DNA of 63,356 bases, filler included, from Bigelowiella natans CCMP2755 (lineage: Eukaryota > Protista > Cercozoa): assembly GCA_000320545.1 (NCBI GenBank). It is 6 parts of 6 records of this genome, joined end to end, with 100 filler letters (N's around TTAATTAATTAA, not from the genome) between each part and the next. Parts side by side here need not be neighbours in the genome. Positions count along the whole stretch, not along the records: positions 52,103 to 61,511 come from ADNK01001853.1; positions 61,612 to 63,356 come from ADNK01000200.1; 4 more parts are not named here. The stretch is one strand, 5' to 3'. This document shows positions 54,013 to 63,356 of this stretch, piece by piece. Numbering within the stretch: the stretch's first letter is position 1; each line of letters opens with the position of its first letter. The notes under the pieces are model-generated. The model saw nothing but the letters and a program-made list of their open reading frames with translations, was not told where the DNA came from and made no database searches. The position numbers were made by a program, and so were the translations under genes.

Positions 54013-54239
54013 AATGGCGATCCTATAACGATGATGACACGACAGGTTTTGATCATTGCATCATACAGATTCGCTAACTCTCACTGCGGTATGTATCACG
54101 CAGCACATCATATACGCATCCAATGTACCTGAAGACTCAATCGAGGATAAACTATCTTGAAGCGATCTGGGGAATAACCATCAACGTTTGTGGCGTGTAT
54201 ATATAAGCATATGGGACGAGAATCTCCCTACTTTCCTTT

Positions 54240-54302
<63 letters not shown>

Positions 54303-55456
54303 TTGTGCCTGTGTAGACCGACCCTTTTCCATTTTTGGGGGTAATCTTGAGAGTGACGAGTAGCAAGTTCCCGGACTGTTAAAACGCCAGGGATGACATT
54401 CTCATTTCCACTCTATGCATGCACCTGCGCAGCCGCAGCCATGCAAACGCACACACACACGCACGCACATACACACACACATGCACATGCACACATGCAC
54501 ATGCACCTATGCATGCATAAATGCCGGTATTGCGGCAGAAAGAGAGTGCAAGGTTTCGCTCCTTCAAGCATGAGAAAGACACCAACACGCACATCGCCAC
54601 CCCACCTTCTTGTTCTTCTGTAGTAACGACAGCTCTAGAGTATGGGCGACCGATTTCTGCGGAGCATTATCGTCGTGGTCATCTTTTGAATATCCATCGT
54701 GCGGTATTGTGTACACGTGCATGGGTGCGTAGGTGCGTGTGGGAGCTTCGACTGGCAGCTACCTGTTCCTCAAAATAGTCCACCAAGTTGACCGTCGTGT
54801 TGTACAGCACGTTGTTCTGAATACAGCAGCAGCACCAACAGAAGTTTTGAGAGAGGAGAACGCAGCAAAAATCGCGGCCATTCCCCGAGGGAGAGCGAAT
54901 CACAAAGAGAATTATCGTCAGGAGTGGACACGGTGCAAGCCTCTTTCCTCCCAAGCTCTCTCCACTTGCAACTAACGATATCGCTAAATTATCTTGATTT
55001 ATTGGTGCTAGTCGCAGCGGAAAGGCGATCGATTTTTGCCCAGCCTGTTAGGCTTGTTACAGGGCAAAAACCATCGATGAAGAGTAACGGTGCGCTGTTT
55101 GCATGTTCCTTCTTCCCCACCTTTTGTATGATCTGAACATCGAAGATCTTGTCTTTGAGTTTGCCTCTGCGCAACATGAGTGATAGAGGAGGGGAGGGTG
55201 CATGATGTGATCAATGGAATGGCTCGTTCATTCTTTCGGACGACGGTTTCGAGATACTTCATCACGAGTGCGGGTGAATGTTTGCTCCCTCCCAAAGAAC
55301 ATCAATGCATGCACACATTGCATTACGCTGACACAGGACCACAACACATAAAAGAAAATCTTGAAAGAACGTGGGGGAGGAAGTCCTGCATACTTTCTGG
55401 ACATCAACGTGCATTCGAAATGGAGGTTCTCGTTCCATATAGCCTGAAATATATAT

Positions 55457-55510
<54 letters not shown>

Positions 55511-55768
55511 TTTTAAATATGCGTCCGTATGGCTTGTGAATAATATAGATGGCGTGTCCCGCATAGTGATCCCACCTGGCCATTGCTAGGGACTCGCAAA
55601 GACGTTTGGTAGATCTTGCTCCCACGTGAAATTTTGCAGAAGGTTGGCGTTTTCTCATCCTGATTGTGCAGATAAACCCCATCACGCACACAAAAGGAAG
55701 GGAGAGGGTTTCGATATTGCGAAGGCGTGTAAATAAAAGCTACATGCGAACGCGAACGCGAACTCGAA

Positions 55769-55820
<52 letters not shown>

Positions 55821-56039
55821 CACACTCAAACACACACACACACACCCACACACACACACACAATAATGTATTTAGACACATATAAATAAATATTATTAAT
55901 GCATAAAATATGGATATATTCAGATATAGTCATACTTATTTCTACATTTTTGAATATCTACGACCTCCAGCGCCGATGCTACTTGGGCGTGTTTCACGTA
56001 GAAGTCGACCTGAACCTTAACACGCGTGCCCCCAAACAT
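50693..56039 (-). CDS. NT-C2 (EEIG1/EHBP1-type) domain protein, many exons; linkage across the 52003 gap uncertain
   Basis: MFGGTRVKVQVDFYV..KISRGSK..GQAIWNENLHFECTL..GKLKDKIFDVQI..TVNLVDY fits the NT-C2 pattern. Confidence 0.6.
51514..52002. repeat. Inverted repeat at contig end (about 137-bp arms), likely artefact
   Basis: 51514-51650 mirrors 51865-52002; the inner ends abut poly-C and poly-G tracts. Confidence 0.85.
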
Positions 56040-56778
56040 CCTTCAAAGAAATGAGGAAAGGGGGGGAGGGAGGGGGATAAATGAAGGCATAAGTTTTGAT
56101 TCTTCAGTGAAGTCAGATTCTCAACCACTCTACGGGTAAGTTGTATGTGAAAGCGCCTCGTGTTCTCCTGTGCACGTGTGCTGCATGAATCTTCAAACAG
56201 GCCAAATTATAACTATTTCACTCTGCTTTCTGAACTCTGCAGTGCACCCCCGAGTACACCGTCCTCGTTCCTCTTCCTATCCCTTTCCTCTCACATACTA
56301 GGCCTCACCAGAGAACAGGTTCGTCAGGGATGGGGCGGGCACGGGAGGAGCGACGACCAGCGGAAGACTTAAGAAAGTAACTTACGAACGCACATCGCTA
56401 TATTTATCCGCGACACCATTTTGGACTAATATTGGAGATAAACGGCTTGCGTTTTAGATGAAAACCAGCTTCGGTTTCAACAAAATGAGTATAAGTCGCA
56501 GCGAGAGCTCTGGGAAGAACAACGACGACGACGACTGGCGGAGGCAGTGCGAAATGCCCTGTGTGCGGGGCCTGCGACATCGTACAGTTGAGAGACTCTG
56601 GATTATGTTCGAAATGGCTTGCATAATTGGAGTGCGACACGAAAATCCGAAGCGGAAAAATAAAGAGGCCAGCACTCAAGCCCCCGCTCGGCTCGGGTTG
56701 AGGATGGCGAACGAGTAGCACGCGCCTCTGCCGTACTTTCCCCGCAGCGGAGAAGTGAGGGACTTTGAGGGGCCGAAG

Positions 56779-57374
56779 ATGACAAGCCAAGGCCCCGTAA
56801 GGAACGATTCGTCGAAAGCAATCGCCACCGTCTCCAAGAAGCCTGATGAGGAGGTCAAGCCAGCATCTCTTCTATACTTCCAGCAGCAGACTGGAATGGA
56901 GAACCTTAAGGCATTAGCGATACCCGAGTCCAAAGAAACGAATATATTCTTGGCATACCACCAACCAGGACGGGCCCGATTTGTGTACGGGCTGGAGAAA
57001 TTGCCCTCCATCAAAGAATGGGGAAGGCGCATTGCGAACGGCGACGCAGCATACGACCCGAACCTCGGAGCTAGGCTATACACAGAGCTGGGGGATAAAT
57101 TAAAGGAAGATTGGGCCAATTTTACTGAGAAAAAGGGCGCTGGAAAGGGGGGGAGGGGGGGGCGTGAAGAGGAGACGAAAACGAGTAGTTCCTGCAGCAA
57201 TGAGCGTGGTAAGAAAGATGACGGCTTTCGCGTTGTGATGGACGATGAATTAGACCTCTACTTTGCTTCGTCCGAAGAATTTATTGAAGAAAGGGTGCAC
57301 AACGATTGTGGGGGGTATGTGAATGTAGTAAACCTTCATTTTCACACAGTATATATCCACACACTACACACACC

Positions 57375-57411
<37 letters not shown>

Positions 57412-57727
57412 TTATATGCCCACATATACACACAATACGAATAGCAAGATTGCATCATCCCACCACTTGCTTGCTCCACCAGGACACTGTACGATCACTT
57501 CGAAGATGGAACCTCCGCAGCGTTGGACGAAACCGATGAGTTCTTGTTCGCCGGTAACATTTGGATTGCACTGGCCGATGTCTTATCGTTTCCTCTGTGC
57601 TACCTCACTGAATCCGTGCCTAAAGGGATTGATAAGATTATTCCGCTCCCAAGGGAGGTTCGTTGGCGCTTTGTGACTCGATTAATTGCTCCCGATTATG
57701 TTGCGTTGTTGTTGCAGTTGTTGTCGA

Positions 57728-57766
<39 letters not shown>

Positions 57767-58305
57767 ATGAGCGGTGTTGAATGACTATATACGTGCTCTC
57801 CACAACAAACACCTTGATACTGACCGTGATGAGTAACTAGTAGCGCTGTTGCTCGACCAGACAAAGAGAAACACGCAACCGCTCTGATGTGATTTTGATT
57901 CATGCTCCATGCTCTACTAATAACCCACGATATATCAGCTGAAAGAGTGCACGTGGCACGTTCCTTGCCACATGAAATTCGGCACTGCGCTGCTCCATTC
58001 GATGAAGGTTCTCATCATCCATCCAATTTATTGTGTGTAAAACCTGTATGATCCCACCCCACCCCCCTATTTCAAAGGTTTGGCACAGCTCTTTGAACCC
58101 TCGCGATGATCGTCCGTTAGAGCCTCTGCCACATAGATATTCGTTCAGCGTAGCATTTGGAATCGTCGCGACAACAAAGACAACGCCAGCTACTTGTAAC
58201 AGCAGCAGCAGCGGCGGCGACGAGAAAGGGGAAGCAGAGCAAGTAGATTCGAACACACGTTGCCCTGCTGAAACAGAGGGCGGTCGTCGGCAAGGGACGA
58301 AATAA
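56779..58305 (+). CDS. Putative CmcJ/AsaB-like oxidoreductase (HxD...H)
   Basis: RVHNDC, GNIWIALADVLSFPLC..SV, WHVP.HM and VWHSS..P..HRYSF occur in the order expected for that family. Confidence 0.45.
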
Positions 58306-58971
58306 TAGCAGCAGGCTCATCGGCTATGCGGGTGCCATCGTCGAGGCCTCTCACCTCTCTAGCCTTCAGGCAATGCTTATAGCCCTCATCACAATGTAAT
58401 ACTGCGACATCAGCATTAAAAATGAAACATTGAGCTCGGACGTATAGAATGCTGGCAGTGCGCGCTGCAGAGCAATCTGCTGGCTGGAAAGGATTGTGTA
58501 GTCTGATCGACCCACTGGTGCTATGTACGTGCCCTAATCATTAAGGCTGTTGCATGTGCTATATACCAGCGGCTGCGTACGCGCCCCATTGTAATCACAA
58601 TATCAGGGCGGCGGCTGCTGAAACGGAAGGCATAACAGAACCTGCGCTGTGCGCGGACCGTGCGCAATTTAACACCACACGGCACAATCATCTTGATCGA
58701 ATTGGAGCGTAGCAGCATCGCAGTGCTTTATCATAGTAGTAACATGGTATATCAGTCATGATGCGGAAGCAAGCCACAAATGAATGCGTTTCGGACGGGC
58801 TTGCATCGTCACTCACACTGGCGTGTATGAGTCGTGTCGACGCGATCAACGCGTGCGGGCAACGTGCGATCGAGACGACACATCTGCAGCGAAGGCTGTG
58901 ACGTACAGCTGGTGCTCGAGTGCATCCAGCTAAAAGTGCGGTAATGAACCGTTACTCCGGGCTATCCATCC

Positions 58972-59249
58972 TTACTCCGTCAGGGCGTCAGGGCCAGGGG
59001 GGCAAGGTCTTTTCTTCCTGGGGCGAGCAAGAAATTTTCTCTTCTTTTTTGCTTTTTGCGGCGGCTCTTCGTTGCTTTTCCTGGTGCGCCCGGTGCTGGT
59101 AGCGGCGACCCCCGATGATGACTTTCTCTTCTTGCTCTTTGCCGATGCTGCCTGCTGAAAATAATGGCGTCGGGGCAAAACGTAACGTGTTAGTTTGCTA
59201 TTTCATCGTTCCCTCCTCGATCATCATCATCGTCGTTGTTGTCTGTGTG

Positions 59250-59288
<39 letters not shown>

Positions 59289-60460
59289 TATGAGAATCAC
59301 CGCACCTTTTTGCTTTTGACCGCATCATCTCCCTTGGCGCGGCTTTCCTTCTTCTTCTCGCTGCTCTTTTTGGCAGCCTTCTCCTTGTTCTTTTTATTCG
59401 CCGTCTTCTTTGGTTTTATCGTCTCTCCACTTCCCTCGTGCTCCGTTGCATTTGTCATCTCTCGCTCCTTCTTCTTCTTCTTAATCTTCTTCTTCTTTTT
59501 CCTCGTTTCATCCTTCTCCTTCTCTACTGCCGTTGATGAGTTCTGACGCTTCTGTTTCTTCTTCTTCTTCTTTGTCTTCGTCTCCTTCTTCTCCTCCTCC
59601 TCCTCCTCCTCCTCCTCTCCATCGTCGTCATCGTCATCATCGTCATCATCATCAGCAGCAGCAGCTCCATCTTGTCGGAAAGGATCAACAAGGATAACAA
59701 CAACAACAACAACATTAAGACGAAGACACCCAGCCACTTCTCCAAATCCAAGAGAAATCGTTATCAATATTACTCTCTTACTACTACCCGTAATACCCAC
59801 TACTACTACTACTACCACTACGACTACTACCACTACTACTACTACCACTACTACTACTACTACTACTACAACTAAAGATAATAATAATACTCCTATTTCT
59901 TCTTCTTCTCCCTCCACCCCGTCTCTAAGGGGCTCAATGTGCCGCTTGCTACCAAGATCGCTATCGCGGTCGTCGCCATCTTCTTCGTCCTCATCCTCCT
60001 CCTCCTCCTCCTCGTCGTCATCCTCCTCTTCAGGCTCTTGCTTCTTAACACCGTTGGCGTATTTCTTGAAGCGCGCCACATAGAACCCATCCATGTTGTG
60101 CACGTGGGGGTAGTACCTCTGTGATGATGACGGGTGACGGTGATGATGATGAGGAGGAGGAGGATGGAGAAGGCAAACATAAACACACACACACACACAT
60201 TATATATGTGTATATATAAATATATGTGTGTATATATATTTGCAATGTTACAAATCATAATATAGACGTTCAACCGCGAAAACCTACGATGAGACATCGC
60301 TGCGACGGGGAGAACGACAATACGCGCGCATCATAAACACACATATGTTATCATATAAACACACCTTGGTGAGCTTGAGGGAGGGGTGGAAGCGCTTGCG
60401 CCCATACTTCGTATAGCCATTCACACCGAACGGCAGGTTTGTTGATACCAGCTTTACATA

Positions 60461-60509
<49 letters not shown>

Positions 60510-60862
60510 AGGGGGGGGGAGAGGAGAGAGGAGGAGGAGAGGGGAGGAGAAGATCTGCGTGCGTGTCTGCGTGAGTGTGTGTGTGTGTATGTGTGTTGTT
60601 GTTATCCGTGTATGCGAACAGCAATGGCTGATGAATAGCACCTCTTTGACAAGACGTAATCCGCAACCTCCTCGTTCTCAAACAGGGTGATGGAGCAGGT
60701 GCTGTACACGATGTAGCCGCCCGTCTTCGAGTGCGCGTCCACCATATCGATCGCCGCTGTCAAGTCGCGTGAGCATCATCGGCGAGGTTAGACCGGGGAG
60801 TTGTCGGACATTGGCAAGAAATGAAAGAAACTTGCTGGCGCAGGAGCAACAAGGCGCGGTAT

Positions 60863-60905
<43 letters not shown>

Positions 60906-61129
60906 TAATGCGTGTGTACCGAGCAGAAGCTCCTTCTGCAGGTGGCTAGAGCGTTGTATATCCTTCACAGATCGCTGCAGCTTGATGCTGGGGTCGCGCG
61001 CAATGACCCCCATTCCCTGTTTTTTTTTCCCCAAATAACAAATAACGGTAGCTCAGGTGCCTGCTCGCAGTGTTGCAGCAGTGAAACGAGGACGAGACGA
61101 CAAGAACAGCACTCTTCATCATTTGACGA

Positions 61130-61168
<39 letters not shown>

Positions 61169-61267
61169 CATCATTGCTTTCTTGCACTACGATCGCTGCT
61201 ACCGAGCAAGGGGCGTCGAGGAGGACCCTATCTACTTTCGAGAATCGGTGCGGGAGCTTTCGCCCGT
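58972..61267 (-). CDS. NOP2: NOP2/NSUN1 rRNA m5C methyltransferase, 3' half; 5' part lost at gap
   Basis: [53 protein letters not shown] and [19 protein letters not shown], followed by an acidic/Lys-rich tail. Confidence 0.92.
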
Positions 61268-61611
61268 CTGCGTGCATAGGAGGAGGAGGAGGAGGAGGAG
61301 GAGGAGGAGTAGGAGGAGGGGGAGGGTGGGGGGGGGGGGGAAGGGGTATACCAGGCAAAAAAAGAACAAAACATAAGGGAATACTTTTTCTTGTATAGAT
61401 ACACATACGAAATATATTAACATGAGGACGTCATAATCCGTGTGGGGCCGTAGAAGTCGAGCGGTTGAGTGCGATGTCGGCATTTATGTTTGCGTAAGGT
61501 CTCAGGACAAGNNNNNNNNNNNNNNNNNNNNNNNNNNNNNNNNNNNNNNNNNNNNTTAATTAATTAANNNNNNNNNNNNNNNNNNNNNNNNNNNNNNNNN
61601 NNNNNNNNNNN

Positions 61612-61864
61612 TTCCACCCGTCGCCGCCCATTATAATAAATTCACATAATTTTCATATTGTGTAATAATGATAACTCTAGTTATGGGAAGCATGGCTGTG
61701 GCCCAACTCGATTGGCTCTCAAATAATCAATATCTGCATTCGCTTGGGGGTAAGTCAAGAATCGATCTTATCCATTTAAAAGCAGCACCAACACCAGTTT
61801 GGAATGATGAGTGTGGAAGAGCCTATTCGACTTTCTACGGCCCAAAAAACGACACAAATTCCTC

Positions 61865-61963
<99 letters not shown>

Positions 61964-61968
61964 GTGTA

Positions 61969-62025
<57 letters not shown>

Positions 62026-62273
62026 GAGGAATTTGTGTCGTTTTTTGGGCCGTAGAAAGTCGAATAGGCTCTTCCACACTCATCATTCCAAACTGCTGTT
62101 GGTGCTGCTTTTAAATGGATAAGATCGATTCTTGACTTACCCCCAAGCCAATGCAGATATTGATTATTTGAGAGCCAATCGAGTTGGCCACAGCCATGCT
62201 TCCATAACTAGAGTTATCATTATTACACAATATGAAAATTATGTGAATTTATATTAATGGCGGCGACGGTGAA
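61612..62273. repeat. About 660-bp palindrome at contig start centred on (TA)n, likely fold-back artefact
   Basis: The left arm mirrors the right arm but carries extra bases that break the NCKX exon frame. Confidence 0.85.
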
Positions 62274-63036
62274 AGCAGGAGGGACTATCCCACTATTCAG
62301 TCAAATCACGGCAAATATCACAATGATATATTTGAAAGATACGCAGTAGATCGATATGACATCGTCGTTGAACACACAGTGCAATGAGCGTAATAAAGCA
62401 CAAAACGTAACAAATCTAAGGTGATAGCGTGCTGATGATCTTCATCATCTTTCCTATACCATCACCACCACCACCAACTTCTTCTTCTTCTTTTCTTCTT
62501 CTTCTTCTTTTCTTCTTCTTCTTCTTCTTCTTCTTCTTCTTCATATTCTCTCTCCTTCTTCGAGATTACCCTTTCTTTGCCACCGTCACCGATTGGATGG
62601 TATCAGGTATTTCGGCACCTGCACGGTGCGTAATATAGAGAGGAGACATGCATTCATTAACCATGCGACGGGGGGGGCGGACACATCTCACATTTGCCTC
62701 TTAAGAGAAAGAGGGATTGGTGAAATAAGGAGCGAATGCAGCCTGATATTCTTGTCCTGCAGCGAATCTCACCACAAAATCACTGGAAGAGTCGTTTTTC
62801 AAACAGCATTCTCATATTTTATTACTACTATCGTGGTGGCTCTGTCCTGCATGCAACCAAAAAGCTGCTGGGAGAAAGCAGAGAGAAGATATTAACGCTG
62901 GGAGAAATGCATCCCCCCCCCCCCCCCCTCTGTTCTAGACACGGAAAGGCCTTCTCGTCTCTCACGCATATACGCACCGACGCTGATGAGGAAAAGCCCA
63001 AAGAAGCCAGAATTTAGGCCCGACATATCTGCCCAT
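62141..63036 (-). CDS. Ca2+/cation antiporter (NCKX-like), internal exons
   Basis: FFGLFLISVG|AEIPDTIQSVTVAKKG|YGSMAVANSIGSQIINICIGLG matches the alpha-2 repeat. Confidence 0.8.
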
Positions 63037-63356
63037 CTACCCGAGGAGGGAAAGCAGAAAAGATACAACAGATAAATAACGATGATGATGATGAGCATAG
63101 TTGACGTCTTGATGCCTTCTCGCTCCCCTCCCCCCCCCCCCCCCAACTTTTTTTTTTTAACGTCCGACCCTTTTACGCATGGAGAAAATCTCTGTGTGGA
63201 AAACCCCCCCCCCCCCATAAACACGAGAAATTGCAAAGGTAAGAGGGTTTTTTAGAAAGCCCCCCCCTTCATGGGGGGGACTTGGTCTTAGGGGGGGGGA
63301 AAGGAATTGGTGGCTTTTTTTTTTTTCACAAAAAAAAAGCTTTCCTATAAAAATTT

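Noticed and set aside
57900-58256. 118-aa minus-strand ORF
   Set aside because: It is antisense to plus-strand exons that have proper splice sites and family motifs.
61612-62273. Large palindrome as a MITE or hairpin-RNA locus
   Set aside because: It abuts a gap, turns at self-complementary (TA)n, and its outer arm has indel errors, so a fold-back read artefact is more likely. Long reads would settle it.

Overview
Eukaryotic nuclear DNA: intron-rich (GT-AG), full of microsatellites, and scaffolded from six contigs joined by artificial N-TTAATTAATTAA-N spacers. About 20 genes or gene fragments were assembled by hand from exons: VPS41, a C1orf109/AIRIM-like gene, DPH7, an RlmN-type radical SAM methyltransferase, a calmodulin-like gene, a BT1 transporter, a ZNF474-like gene, cathepsin H, an HMG-box/Rap1-Myb gene, a gluconokinase-like gene, calredoxin, an NHL-repeat gene, a SAM-domain ORF, an NT-C2 gene, a CmcJ/AsaB-like gene, NOP2 and an NCKX-type exchanger. 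A green-algal-type calredoxin with a signal peptide plus transit-like leader suggests an alga with a secondary green plastid, such as a chlorarachniophyte (inference only). The strongest unexplained signal is a regional TpA-erasing hypermutation (TA to TG, CA or CG, i.e. A>G/T>C). It has stripped TpA from a LINE relic and from intergenic DNA downstream of gene 3' ends, largely spares CTAG, and leaves promoters and intronic (TA)n intact. It resembles a RIP-like genome defence acting in the opposite mutational direction. All exon boundaries and family calls come from manual reading and motif recall; no searches were run.
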